From: Vicugna vicugna
Lineage: Eukaryota
DNA length: 64,000 nucleotides
NCBI GenBank assembly: GCA_013265495.1
Contig: MU058418.1
Span: forward strand, 2,320,917-2,384,916
Reading direction: 5' to 3'
Shown here: positions 1-12,426 of the stretch, piece by piece
Layout: the number at the start of each line of letters is the position of its first letter
Position numbering within the stretch: position 1 is the stretch's first letter
Position numbers and translations under genes: made by a program
The notes under the pieces: model-generated
Told to the model about the DNA's origin: nothing
Databases searched by the model: none
What the model saw: the letters and a program-made list of their open reading frames with translations, nothing else

Positions 1-827
1 TGGTCAGAGGAATTGAATCTAATCTGTTTCGAGATGAACTTGGTGAGCTTTTCTAGTTCTGTCTGGGACAAAGCTGAGGGGAGTGTTTTATTCAGTTGTA
101 GCCATTAACAAGAGAAAACAAAGCAAAACAGCCAGAGTAGAAGGTAACACAGAAAGCTGGTGTTTGATTCTGACATCAGACAGCTCTCTGGGCATTCAAA
201 ACTGTATGCAACGACTTTCCAACTCTGACTTCACTGGGGGAAAACATTTCAAATGTTTTAAAGCATTGGATCAAATGAGGTAAGACTCCTTTAGAAAAAA
301 CTATGATAGTTAAAATGTCATTGCTTTCCCTGATTTCTATAATTAAAGTGCACCTCATTCTGGAGAGGATGATGAGTCTGAATGTTTTTCAATGAATGAT
401 GCAGCATGTGAACCAACAAATAAATACGTGGAATACGATGGTAACACACGATTACTGTGACCATTTTTCCTGAGGGCCTGAACTTCCCCTACTGAGCACA
501 TCACGTTTTCTAGACCCAGGGAAGTATTTCCGGGATGGGTGATCCAACCCCTGACCTCCCAGAAGGGTAGGGTGGGGAAATAAAAGGTATAAAATCATAG
601 CTGGTTGGTGTGGTAGAAGAGAAAGTCAAGAGGGGGAGAGACGAGGTGGGGCCGGGTCTTGTGGAGAGTGGCCTAGAGCTGATATTCCTGGGAGCCATGA
701 CTTGTCACTAGATCACTTTTGCTCTGGACACCATAGTGGACACATTCCTGGGTGGGAGCAGGAACTATATACGCAGTGCAATTCTGCCACTCATGCAAGT
801 GGGGTCTGAAAACTCAGGTTGTCCAAG

Positions 828-1236
828 TGTAACCGAGCAGGACCCTGTGCAAGCTTCCTGGGGCAGACCCCTCCCCAGCTCCTCTGCTTCAGCTGCTCTG
901 AAGTATCTGAATAACAGTATGACCATGAGTACATAGCCCCCAGACCTACTGGAGCCTGAGGATAATGTTAAGCCTGGTGACACCGCCCTGTTACCTCAAC
1001 AATGACCCGAGAACTGTGCATGAGCTGATCACATGTGGTGGGACACCCCTCCCTCACCTGGCCTTTAAAAAGTCTTCCCAAAACCCGTCGGGGAATTCAG
1101 GTGTTATGAGCACTAGTGAGTGCTCCTTGCTGGACACCCTGAAATAAACGCTGCACTTTCCTTCAACACAGCACGGTGTTGGTAGATTAGCTTTACTGCG
1201 TGCAGGTGAGCAGAGCCAAGGGCTGGTTCCGTGACG
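828..1236 (+). mobile_element. ERV1-class solo LTR
   Basis: Starts TGTAACCGAGCAGGACCCTGTG; TATA-like CCTTTAAAAAG at ~1062; AATAAA at 1143-1148; degenerate inverted terminus GGTTCCGTGACG at ~1225-1236. Confidence 0.8.
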
Positions 1237-1689
1237 TAAAAGCAGGGTGAATAGAACCCTTTTCAGTCTGTATTGTCACATAAAGCACAGAAATCAAGAA
1301 AGTTTCACACAACTGACTACAGAATGAACTTCAAGTCCCAAATAATCGAGGGCCTCTCCTCCCAAGACCTTCATGTCCCACCCAGGACCTTCCTGACTGT
1401 CCTCTCCTCCAGGAATAGGACTTGATTCCACCTTTGAGAACGGGGCTGCCCGGAGGAGGAGAATCAGTTACCTAAGGCCAAATTCCTGCCTTACCCGAGC
1501 TGGCGTTGCCATCAGGAGCAGGACTGGGCGAGCTCACTGTGTGGGGGGTCGTCCCCTCCTCTCCTCTCCCAGGAACCCCCGCAGAGTGTGGAGCCTTTCT
1601 GGTGGTGGCACTGTGGTTGTTTTTCTGGTTGACTGTGTAGGGAAGCTGAATTTGCCACCTTGTCTCCCCTCCACCCCTGGCCCTCATAG

Positions 1690-1770
1690 TACAAATGGGG
1701 AAACTGAGACTGGAGATACCGGGTGACTCAGATCACATGATGAGGGTGTTTGAGAGCCCAGTCAGGACCC
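1690..1770 (-). mobile_element. MIR SINE fragment
   Basis: ACAAATGGGGAAACTGAGAC matches the reverse-complemented MIR core. Confidence 0.6.
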
Positions 1771-1857
1771 CCACCCCATGCATTTCCCTGTGCCCTCTTG
1801 TCCATGTTACAGATCACCAGACTGTGAACACGAGCGCGGGATTATTCCTTACCTTTC

Positions 1858-2510
1858 TGTTTCGAATCCAAGTTCGTGTGCCGGACGCACAGTGAGGCCA
1901 AGCTAACCGAGACGTCGGAGTTTGAAGCAGAGAAAAGTTTGCTGCAAGGGCCGAGCAAGGAAAACGAGCAGCACATACCCAAAAAGCCTAAACTCTCAGA
2001 TGGTTTTCGAGGAAGGGTTTTTACAGGCAAAATTCAGGGGGCAGGGCTGCACGGGGTGTGACCTTCCTCTGATTGGCTGGTGGGGAGGTAACAGGGTCGT
2101 GTTCCGGAATCTCAGTCAGCCTCCTGGTTCCAATCTGGGGTCCACGTGCTTGTGCTCAGCCTGAGTACCATCTTTCACCTGGGTCAGGGCCTTAGTTCCT
2201 GCAGAAGATCTTAAAGATATATTGTTACGTATCTTCCTTGAGGAGGAACAGGACCCGCCCAATCGCTGCACTATTGTTTCTTAACTGTTCCTCCTTTATT
2301 TCTGGGTTCCCTCACTCCCCTGATTAGTAACTATTCCAGTTGGCCCTTTGAAACTCAGGAAAGGTCTAGGAGGCTGAAGCTTTTTTCCTACAAACAAGAA
2401 ACAGAGGACATGGAAAGGCTTTTGTACCCTTTAGGGCCCCACAGGGTCCTGCTCATTTTCAACCCCCCTTTCATTTGATTCTCCTCAGTCTTGAAGGGAA
2501 CAGGTATTGG
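1858..2510 (-). mobile_element. ERV1-class 3' LTR (1858-2461) with polypurine tract and short internal remnant
   Basis: Minus strand reads ...ATGAAAGGGGGGT|TGAAAATGAGCAGGACCCTGTGGGG, a PPT abutting the TG start. CCAAT at ~2072-2076, TATA-like TGTAAAAA at ~2018-2025, LTR ends ...GAAACA at 1858. Confidence 0.8.
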
Positions 2511-3011
2511 AATCATAAACTCAGCTTTGGAACTTGGTGTTAGGGGGACTCAGTGTCATCTCTCTGTATCTCCCTCAGCACCTCATACGTACCTGCTACA
2601 TAGTAGGCGCTCCAGGGACGTGTGCAGAATGCGGGCATAGCCAGTGGTTGTTCTAGAAGTACAGCTGGAGGGGCAGGTGCCTGTGGCTGCAGGTCGCCTG
2701 TCCCCAGCAGGTGCGTGTGGCTGGCGGGCACCGAGTCGTGGCTGAGACACACAGGTTCTTTTCCGGCTGGTCTTCCAGCCACTGAAAAATTCTCACCTCC
2801 TAGGAGGTTCTGATTTAGCAGTTCACCCTTCACTTTCAGGAAAACTTTTCACCAAAGAAAATGGCTTCAATCTTTGAGATTAGCTGGATTTGCTATTCAT
2901 TTATTCTTCAATTTCAGTGCTCCCTTCAAGAACTTCTTTTCCAAAAATGGTCAGTTAAGTAGTTTGATTTCCACTCTGTCCTGTTGCTTTAATGCATGTC
3001 TCTGTAACCTT

Positions 3012-3053
3012 AAAAAAACAAAAACAAAAACAAAAACAAAACAAACAAAAAAA
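3012..3053 (+). repeat. (CAAAAA)n-type A-rich simple repeat
   Basis: AAAAAAACAAAAACAAAAACAAAAACAAAACAAACAAAAAAA seen directly. Confidence 0.9.
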
Positions 3054-3399
3054 CCCTTCTATCTCAACTAATGATGTCAGCTGCGCTCCCTCTGTGGGAG
3101 CTAGGTTTATTTAGGTCACAGAGGTACTTTTCCTCCCTACCCTGTTTAGCAATTTGTTTGCTGCCATTAAGAATAGTTTTGTGTTAAAATTTTTTATTTA
3201 TCCAAGAGCAATGAGTGCTGGGAGGAGGAGGAGCCTGTGAAGACTCAGTGGCACCAGCCTGATCACACCATCCCAGATTCCTGCAAAGCCCTTTGCTGAG
3301 AGCAGAGAGGGCAGCACCCCCTCTCTGCTGCCCTGTGGGACATTCACCCGGCCAGGCCACTGGCCTCCTTGGCAAAACCAGAGAGTATCTGCTGTCCCA

Positions 3400-3570
3400 A
3401 CCCTGGTAGCTGGGTGGGCACGTGAGAACCACCTGGGAGCCTGATAAAATACTACAAACCTGAACCCGCCCCAGGACTCTAACTGGTCAGGGGCTGGACC
3501 TGAGCACCAGCATTTCTGAGTTCCCCAGGGATTGCTTAAGGGCGGCCGGGGCTGGGAACTGGGGAGCTGG
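3400..3570. mobile_element. MER5A-like hAT-Charlie MITE
   Basis: GAGAACCACCTGGGAGC...AGCATTTCTGAGTTCCCCAGGGATT...GGGCTGGGAACT resembles the MER5A layout. Confidence 0.55.
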
Positions 3571-4134
3571 GTTAAAATCAGGCCTGAGTGAGTTGCCTGT
3601 AGCATCAAAACTTCTCACAAAGTTCTGAGTAGGACAGAAGGTTGGATAAATTGACCTCTAACCTGCAACGTCTCTGACTCTGCATGATGCTAGTTTGAGC
3701 CCAGGATATTCAGCGAGGGGGAAAAAGGGGCTTGATCCATACAGCTACTAACAGGCTCTCAGCCAGATGCTTTAAAAAAATAAAGTTAGAACTAAACCAC
3801 TGCTTTGGAATAAACAACCTTGTCTCTGTGGGAGATTTAAAAAACAACAATAAAAACCCACCAGTTATGCTTTAAGACATTAGCAGTGATAAAAAAAAAA
3901 TACTTAAGAACAAAGAGTAGAATAGAAATTAGCGATCCTGACCTCAGTCTTTCTTACTTACAGTGTGACTTTCTGAAAAATTGCTCCACATCTTTGTCAA
4001 GCAACCTCACCTCTGGCCTCTTGATTTGCTCTGAAGATCAGCCAGTGAGGGCCTGGAGATATGGGGGGGCTAGGTTGTACCCTGTCCCGCCCCCTAGACC
4101 AGGAAAGAGGGTCCCATCCTGGGATCTGGCCTGA

Positions 4135-4467
4135 GCCCCACTGTGCTCCTCCCCATGGACCAAATTCATATGTTGAAATGATAATCCCCAACGTATTAGG
4201 AGGTAAGGCCTTTGGGAGGTAATTAATTGGTCATAAGAGAGACTTTGTGATAGGATTAGTGAGTGCTCTTATAAGAGACATGAAGGAGACGACCTGTCTT
4301 CACTGTGTGAAGACACAGCAAGAAGGTGGCCAGCTGTAAACTAGGAGGAGGGCCCTGGCACCTTGATCTTGGACTTCCAGCCTCCGTAAGTGTGAGTAAT
4401 AAAGGTCTGTTGATCAAGTCATCCAGGCCATGGTATTCCGTTAGAGCAGCCCAAGCGGACTAAGACA
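4135..4467 (+). mobile_element. MLT1A-like MaLR LTR
   Basis: CCAAATTCATATGTTGAAA...GGCCTTTGGGAGGTAATTA...CACCTTGATCTTGGACTTCCAGCCTCC...GCAGCCCAAGCGGACTAAGACA are diagnostic MLT1A/MST motifs and 3' end. Confidence 0.85.
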
Positions 4468-5284
4468 GTGTCCCTGAGGCCTCAGTTGGCCCTGAGTGGG
4501 CCTCGTCCCCAGGCCATTGTCCCACAGCTGATTGCTGCACTGGCATTTGTCTCCTGGGGCCTGTAGGGTGGCTGAGCGTGGCTGTTTGCAGGGTATGGAC
4601 AGATAGGCTGGGTGTCCACTTGTGTGGAAGGTGGAGCCAAGAATGGGACAACAAGAACGGGGTGTGCCACAGGCTGACCTCACTGTCCCACCACGTTCAG
4701 ACAGAGCACTGAGATCCTCAGTTTGAACCTGGTCCTTTCAAGTCGTTACGAAGGTGCATTTTTCAAAACAGGAGGCCAGAACATACTTTACAGGAAGTTC
4801 ATGTGCTTGATTTATAACTTCTAGAAAGTTAGACCTCTGGGGGTCCAGACTTTCTTTGTACCCCTGTGTGGAGGTTCAGAGTGTCATGCTGGGTGTACAC
4901 GGTGCTGCATGTACAAGGCACACACACCAATGGTCTTCGCATGCCGAGGGCCTTTCTGCATTTTTATGGTGTATTGTGAAGAACATGTGGATAGAGATCA
5001 TTTCTATTTGCCAAGTGTTTCTATTCATCCCCATCAGATGTTTCACCACTTGACTTGCAGATGTATCGTGCTCTTAGTCGTGTGAAAAGCAGTCACTTTA
5101 GGGGCAGAGGCTGGTGATAAAACCCTGAAGGCAGTCTTCTGAGTAGTCGGAGGGAAGGTTAAAAAGTACATAATTTCTTCTTTAGTGGAAAAACAATTCC
5201 ACAAGAACTTGCATCCTAGCTCACAGTCAGTCACTCTTCCTTTGAGTCCCGGCAGGTGCATATTTCATGGTCCTTGCAGAACTT

Positions 5285-5400
5285 TGTCTTGTTCCTGTCC
5301 CTTCTCCACTAGGTTCGGAACTCCGCGAAGGCAGGTACTGCACCTTCTTCCTCTTTAGGATTGCAGCACCATCCTCGACACTGTGTAGTGGGCAGCTTTC
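5285..5400 (+). mobile_element. L2 3' end fragment
   Basis: CCACTAGGTTCGGAACTCCGCGAAGGCAGG resembles the L2 3' end (CTAGACTGTAAGCTCCATGAGGGCAGG). Confidence 0.5.
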
Positions 5401-5429
5401 TACAACTTTTGTTCTTTACTCTGAGCAGT

Positions 5430-5674
5430 TCTATTCGTTATTAGCACTGTGGTATATTGCAACTGTATATAAAAATTAAACCATCAGAATTCTGTTAACT
5501 GCTATCAAAAGAGCAGATGACTTTTTAACATGAAGACTTATGTTAAAGGATGTAGGGAAATATTTTTTACATACGGCAGTTCTCTGACTAGATAAATCTT
5601 CCTTCGCACCTCTCATTATTCTCTTAGGTAAATTCCTAGAGATGATCTGCTGGGTCAAGGGGTATGCATGTATT
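5430..5674 (-). mobile_element. Old L1M fragment
   Basis: TTAGGTAAATTCCTAGAGATGATCTGCTGGGTCAAGGGGTATGCAT is typical antisense L1M ORF2-end sequence. Confidence 0.65.
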
Positions 5675-5687
5675 AAAAGCTACTATT

Positions 5688-6242
5688 CAGACATACAAAA
5701 CGACAACATAATGCCATTTGCAGCAACATGGATGCCATTCCGAGTGAAGTAAGTTAGAAAGTGAAAGAAGAATACCATATGAGATCGCTCATATGTGGAA
5801 TCTAAAAACAATAAGAAAGAAAGTGAAAGAATGTCATTCCGAGTGAAGTAAGTTAGAAAGTGAAAGAAGAATACCATATGAGATCGCTCATATGTGGAAT
5901 CTAAAAACAAACAAACAAAAAGAAGACAAATGAACTTAGATACAAAACAGAAACAGACTCACAGACAGAATAGAAACTTGTGGTTGCCAGAGGGGATGAG
6001 GATGGGAAGGCACAGACTGAGAGTTCGAGATTTGTAGATACTGACAGGTATATATAGAATAGATAAACAAGTTTATACTGTATAGCACAGGGAAATATAG
6101 TCAAGATCTTGTAGTAGCTCACAGTGAAAAAGAATATGAAAATGAAGATGTGTATATTCATGTATGACTGAAAAATTGTGCTGTTCACCAGCAATTGACA
6201 CAGCATTGTAAACTGACTATAAATCAATTTCAAAAAGGAAAA
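5688..6242 (+). mobile_element. Young 5'-truncated L1 (cetartiodactyl/camelid-type 3' end) with 13-bp TSD
   Basis: ATGCCATTTGCAGCAACATGGATG...ACTGTATAGCACAGGGAAATATA...CATTGTAAACTGACTATAAATCAA plus A-tail. TSD AAAAGCTACTATT at 5675-5687 and 6243-6255, at a TT|AAAA site. Confidence 0.95.
5736..5910 (+). repeat. Perfect 76-bp direct duplication inside L1 (5736-5811 and 5835-5910)
   Basis: The two copies compared base by base are identical; period 99 bp. Confidence 0.95.
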
Positions 6243-7219
6243 AAAAGCTACTATTGGTTCACACGACCAAGCTGTGTAATTCAGCTCCCTCCGTCCTCCC
6301 AGGCTTGGGGACCTACATGGGGAGAGGCCCTGAGCTGCTCTTTCCTGCTTCCTCCTCCCTCTCACTCTGCTGTTTCCAGGTCCTCTGGTGCGGTGGGTAG
6401 GGAGGGGTGGAAGAGATAGAAGAGGGCAAAGTCTTAGTACCTGGTGGATCCTGTCTTGGTTTGTATGTCCTCTGGGTGTTGGGCCCCCAGATGCTCACTG
6501 TCTTGTAGACCATGTGGTAAGTTCCTCCAGAGTCTGTGGGATGCCTCCACTCAACAGGCACCCCATGTGGAAATGTGCTTCTATTGGACCGTGTCCTCCC
6601 ACCTCAATTCCAGCCCCCAGTTCTTGCTGGTGGTCATCCCCTGGGCAGGGTGCCAGCAAAACAGCACAGCCTGGCCTCCTTCTACAGTACCCACTAGTCC
6701 ACAGGCCACTCATGTCTCCTTATCAACACCAGATGACAGGGGTGGGGCAAGAGCAGGCTGCTCCTTCTCTTTACGGTGCCATCTCTAACCACTCCTCTTT
6801 TCCTGCTCAGTCAGTGCAGAACACAGACCAGCAATTGTACATTAAGCAGATGTTCAGGAGGTCAGATGCCTGTCTCACCTCAGGCATCTCTGCAATCCAT
6901 CCCAACTCTACAGTCCATCCACTGGGGTGTGGGGACAAGGGAGCACTCTCCTCTGGGTCAGGAACTCCCTATCCAAAGGCTCCTCTCATTTCTGCATCTT
7001 GGACTTACAGAGACTTGCAGGGAGGCATGGAGGTTAGTAGGCATGGGATTAGCAGAAGCTGTGGTGATGGGTCTGGGAACCCTGCCTGTAGGATAAGGAG
7101 GTAGGTAGGGCCTCTGCACCTTAGCTCTGGCTTTTACCCCCAGTAATCAGACAATAGGAAATTCTCTTTCAGTGGTTAAATAACCACAATATAATCTCTA
7201 TGAAGGAATAAAATGTAGC

Positions 7220-8140
7220 TGTGATTTTGTGATTTATAAGAAATACGTATTTGGTCATTCAGATAGATGATTAAAACACATTTCTCAAATATTTGGTCTT
7301 TGTCTACAATTCCTGGCTCACAGATCCACAAATCCTTGGAATTTCCTGGGTGATAAGAACAATGGGAACATCCTTTGTAATTGCTTCAGAGCCACAAAGG
7401 TGAAATGGGTGTCTTGTTATTTATAACAAGCCCCTTTCCACCACAACTGAGTTTATGTTCATGAGTCAACTTTTGGAAAGCACCTAAGGATGGGGGCTGG
7501 TTGCTGGGCAACCAACCATGAATAGAGGGTTGGAATTTTCAGTCCCTCCCCCTGATTCCTGGGATGGGGAATAGGGCTGGAGGTTGATCAATCACCAATA
7601 GCCAATGACTTAATCAATCATACCTTGTAATAAAGCCTCCATAAAAATCCAAAAGGGTAGTGTTCGGAAAGCTTCCTGGTTGGAGAACCAGAACACTAAC
7701 ATGTGCCATTATGCCAGGCTTCAAATTTCATGGGAACAGAAGCTCCTTTGCTTGGGACCTCACCGTATGTACCTCTTCATTTGGCTGTTGATTTGTATCC
7801 TTTAATATCTTTTGTAATCAATCTGTAATCTAGTGAGTAAACGGGTTTCCTGAATTCTGTGAGCTGCTCTAGAAAATTAATTGAACCCAAGGAGGGGCTC
7901 ATGGGAACCTCTGATTTATAACAAGTTGGTCAGAAGTACAGGTGACAATCTGGACTTGTGACTGACCAGTGGAGGGTGGGCTGAGCCCTTGTAGGGAATC
8001 TGATGCCATCTCCAGGTAGATGGCGTCAGAACTGAGTTGACTATAGGACATCCATCTGCTGTCAAAGATTGTTTGTTGGCAGAGGGGGAACCTCCCATGC
8101 TCCCCCTACATCTACACATTGGAATTGGGACTTGGGTACA
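7220..8140 (+). mobile_element. MER21-like LTR
   Basis: TATTTGGTCTTTGTC..TTCCTGGCTCACAGA..CCTTGGAATTTCCTGGGTGATAAGA; AGGGTTGGAATTTTCAGTCC; GAATTCTGTGAGCTGCTCTAGAAAATTAATTGAACCCAAGGAGGGG; TCCAGGTAGATGGCGTCAGAACTGAGTTG are MER21 hallmarks. Confidence 0.8.
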
Positions 8141-8719
8141 GAATCCTCTTAGTAGCCATTCAAAAATCTGAAGACTACTTAATGGGAAATATTTACTGAA
8201 TGTATTTATTGATATATGTGTAATGGTTTTTCCTAAATAAAGAATTTAATCTCCAAAACCACATAATCCCATGTTTGTAAAATATATATTTCATATCTAT
8301 AAATGCACAGAAAAAATCATTAGAAGAACACTACATCATTGTTTTCTCTGAAGGCTAGAATGACAATGATTTTCTTCACTGTGCTTTTTGGGGGATTTTT
8401 TCCATTTCTGTGAGCACAAGTTACTTATTTTGATAAATAAAAAAATTATTTCTGAAAAATACAATTAAATGTTAACCTCCCTCCTATCCACATCTCCCTA
8501 CAAATGTTCTTTTTCCTTATTAACTTTCGAGTTTTCAGTACCAATGAAGCTGTTCTCCCTCAAAGCAAATGAAGGTGCAAAAATAAAAGCCACACGTGCT
8601 GGTGCTAAATTCTCAGCAGTCAGCAAGAGCACACACGTGCAGGACCTGCTTACACAGAGGCCAGTAGAGCTCAAATAAGGCAGCCTCACCAGCAAGTGTT
8701 TTAGGAAGACTGCCTGGAG

Positions 8720-8845
8720 CAGAAGTCTGCACCTGGGTGTACACTGGAACTCCCTGCAATGCTTTAAAAACAACTGATGATGGGGCAGCAGGAGCAAAAC
8801 ACTGGAGTGATTCCAATGTGCAGCCCAGGTTAAGAGCCCCTGCCC
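8720..8845. mobile_element. MER5-like hAT MITE fragment
   Basis: GTGATTCCAATGTGCAGCCCAGGTTAAGAGCCCCTG resembles the MER5 terminus. Confidence 0.5.
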
Positions 8846-9010
8846 AAGGGTGTGAGTTTCACCTGCAAGTCCATCTGCCCCACTGTACAGGCACCTTCTC
8901 TGGGAGTTTCCTGGGTCTTTTCCTATTTCAATTATCTGAAAGTATTTGACTGCAAACGTAGTCCTCAAGATTATAACTAGAAGTAGGAGGCAGGAAGATA
9001 AAGATTTTAG

Positions 9011-9457
9011 GTTATAAACTGAACTGAATAATGTCCCCCAAAGATTCATGTCAAACTGGAATGTGGCTCTATTTGGAATAGGATCTTTGCAGATATAATC
9101 AAGTCAAATGAGTTCCTACTGGATGAGGATGAGCCCTAAAGCCGATGACGGATGCCCTTAAAAGGAGGGAGATTTGGAGATACAGAAACATACACAATGG
9201 GAAGAAGGCCATGTGAGGGCAGAGGCAGAAACTGGAGTGATAAACTATAAGCCAAGGAATGCCAAAGACAGCCAGCCACCACCAGGAGTTAGGAGAGTGG
9301 CATGGAATGGAGTCTTAGAACATCCAGAAGGAGCCAACTCTGCTGACACCCTGACACCCTGGACTTCTGGCCTCCTGACCTGTGAGAGAGTAAGCCTGGT
9401 GTTTTAAGACACCCAGTTTGTGGCGATTTGTTACAGCAGCCCTTGGAAACTCATACA
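9011..9457 (+). mobile_element. MLT1C-like MaLR LTR
   Basis: AATGTCCCCCAAAGATTCATGTC...GGCCATGTGAGGGCAGAGGCAGAAACTGGAGTGAT...AAGCCAAGGAATGCC...TTTGTTACAGCAGCCCTTGGAAACTCATACA. Confidence 0.9.
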
Positions 9458-11087
9458 GGCTGTCTCAGAAGTCTTCCACAGAGCAGACATATGATAGCAC
9501 ATTACATCTCCACAGCACAGCTCTTTCTGGACCTCAAAGGTCTCTTCTCTGCATACCCAGTTCTCTTTGTATGCATGGGGAAAAAAACCATCTTAGATAA
9601 TTCATGTCAATTTTCTTTCAACCATGCATAGCACAGGAGCTATTTGGTTTGCAAGGTGGGAAAACCCCCCACTATACATTTTGTTCCATTGCTTCTCCTA
9701 GCTCAGTCAGGAGACTTTTCTTATTAGAGTCACTCACTTGGTAACTAATAAGAATTGCCAGCCTCTGAAAAGCAATTACTTCTAAGTGAAACAATCATTT
9801 CTGAGTCAGAAAATGCTGTACATAATGTAAGCAAGGCACCATGTGAGCAGGAGTTTGCTGTTTCTGCTTCAGTCTTGAAAAGCTGCTTTGATCAGGATTG
9901 TCTTTAACAGAGGATGGGAGGATGGTGAGGGAGGCCTTCAGTGGTCATCTATTTTCTGGTTTTCCGATGGGCGGCAACAACCCTGTCAGTTAAGTTCCAT
10001 TCAATTGAATAAATAATTATTGCATGCCCTCTATGTTAGGGGATGGGGCTGCAAAGGGACCACTGCCCACAGGAGGGTGGACAAGTAACAGCCGATGAGA
10101 GCACAGGTGTGGTAAGCTGAAGAGGTGGCATGGAATGAAACACAGGAAACTGAACATGGATGCTTGTCTCTGCTCCCTCCTGAAACTCGCACTGAAATGA
10201 GAGTAAAGGAACAAAAATAAATGTGCATCAGCCCCAAAGGACACAGAGAACTGAGGAAGAGACCACATGAATAAGAAATGTCACTGAATTTGGTAGGATG
10301 GAAAGTAGAGGCAGGAGAGGAACAGAGAAATCTGACTACCGAGTGCCTGCAGAGGATGGGGAATCAGAGACGCTGAACCACGGGAGGTGGCGGTGCGCAT
10401 GAGGGGAACAAGAGGTTTGACTGGAATCCTGTTTAAGGAGAAATTAGAACCCAGGTCACTCACCAGCTGGAGCAGCTACCCCTCTCCACCCAACTGGGAG
10501 GTTTATTGTTGGAGAGCAGGACCAAGAGGGGCTGCAGTCACAGCAGAGAGGGGCCCAGTGCTTTTCTGAGAGTGAACACCAACATCTGAACCATGGACTG
10601 GCCACCCTCTCCCTCTGTCTCCACTTCCAGGAGGCTGACCAGGTGTGCAGTCCTCAGGCAGGAGACGAGTAGATTCTCTCTGAAGAAAATGAATGGTCCC
10701 AAAGAGAAGATACATATAATGACAGATGGCATTTCTGTGGGGTGGAGGAGGGGGTGGAGGGGAAGGAAAGAAGAAATCCAAGTGCTCCTTGAATCATCCT
10801 GTCATCCTGGAGATCCCCACCCTAAAGTCCACACAGACATGGATGAGCCCCTCCCCTGGTGCACACACAGAGCTTCTCTCAACCTTTTAGTGTTGAGTAC
10901 ATAGCCTGAGTATCCTCAGATATTTGACGAATGCTTTTAACATGAAAAACAGAAATTACATTAGGTAAACAGCAAAAAGTGGACTCAGCAGAAAAAGAAA
11001 ACAGGAAAACTAAAAACAAAACAAAAATCCTAATAGCCTTGGAGAGAAAGCATCTCCAAACCAAGAAGAGCTTGCTACTAAAAAGGA

Positions 11088-11562
11088 ATGTTCTTCACAA
11101 TAGCCAAGAAGTGGAAACAACCTAAATGTCCATAGACAAACAGATAAGGAAAAAGTGGTGTATACTACATGCAACGGAATATTTTTCAGTTTTAAAAGAG
11201 AAGGAAACCATGTCATTTGCTATAACATAAGTGAACCTTGAGGACATTATGCTAAATGATATAAGCCAGTCACAGAAGGACAAATACGGCATGATTCCAC
11301 TTTTATGAGGTATCTAAAGTAGGCAAACTCGTTGAAGCAGAAAGGAGAATGGTGGTTGCAAGGGCCTGGAGGGAGGGGGAAGTGAGAAGAGTTGCTATTC
11401 AGTGTGTACTGAGTTTCAGTCATGCAAGATGAAAAGGCTGTAGAGATTTGTTGTACAATGCAGATGTGGTTAATAATATTGTACTGTACACTAAAATTGT
11501 TATGAGGATCGATTTCATGTTTCATGGGTTTTCTTTTTCCCATGATTAAAAAAAAAAAAAAA
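11088..11562 (+). mobile_element. L1MB-like 3' end with A-tail
   Basis: CACAATAGCCAAGAAGTGGAAACAACCTAAATGTCC...ACCTTGAGGACATTATGCTAAATGA..AAGCCAGTCACAGAAGGACAAATAC; poly-A at 11549-11562. Confidence 0.9.
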
Positions 11563-11564
11563 GC

Positions 11565-11725
11565 AAAACTCAGCTCTGGCCTATACCAGCTGTGTGACCT
11601 TAAGTTAGTTACTTCACCTCTCTGAAACTCCATTTCCTCATCATTATGAAGTGGGGCTAATAACTCCCTTACGAGAAGTTGAGAGGATTCATCTACATAA
11701 TACATATAAAGCACTGAATCTAGCA
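11565..11725 (+). mobile_element. MIR SINE
   Basis: CAGCTGTGTGACCTTAAGTTAGTTACTTCACCTCTCTGAAACTCCATTTCCTCATC, the MIR core. Confidence 0.85.
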
Positions 11726-12426
11726 GCAGAGGACCAAAGAGAGAGAGAGAGAAAAAAGAAATGTTGGGAGAATGATATAAAACTTAACAGCATTTAAAAT
11801 ATGATAGTGGAAATAGTTAATAAAGTAACTGATCATTAATTATATAGAAAATAGCATTCAGAGGAGTTTTGTAGTTCTGCTGAAGAATTTGTGATAATGA
11901 TATAAAAAACTAAGCTGAAAAAAGGAAAAGCAAGTAGTATCTGAGAAAACAAAGAAATTATACAAGAAAGGAAATGAAATTGTATTATACTATTTGGGTT
12001 GGCAGTGAAGGACAATCTTGTGATCAAAATAATGTAAACTGAATATTCACTGAAAGCGTGGTATCAAAGTTGCAAGCAGCGAAGGTGATGGCAGGGTATC
12101 AGAATGCTAAATCCTCATAGTATTTACATCAATCACTAATGTAAAAGTTGATAAATCAGGAAAGAGTGCTATAAACATTACTAAGAATCACTGAGTGGAC
12201 CCCCACCCCATAAGAAATAATTGGAAGATTTGAGAATGCTTTATTTTCTGAGGAACTAGGCTCAAGCTAGGAATTTAGGGAGAGCTGTAGACTAGCATTC
12301 CTATTACAAGCTTTGTAGTATCGTTTGACTTATAAAATTATGCAAATGTCTGACGTTGGTAAAAGAAATAAAGTTTAATAAAAGGAGGCAGTACTAAGGA
12401 GGGTGTGATTATTTGGAATGTGCTCA

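Noticed and set aside
5736..5910. CRISPR-like repeat-spacer array
   Set aside because: Only two 76-bp copies, inside an L1, in mammalian DNA with no cas genes.
6388..7104. Longest ORF in the track (238 aa)
   Set aside because: Starts at a non-ATG codon, has no recognisable domain, and overlaps similar ORFs in other frames; consistent with a chance ORF in GC-richer DNA.
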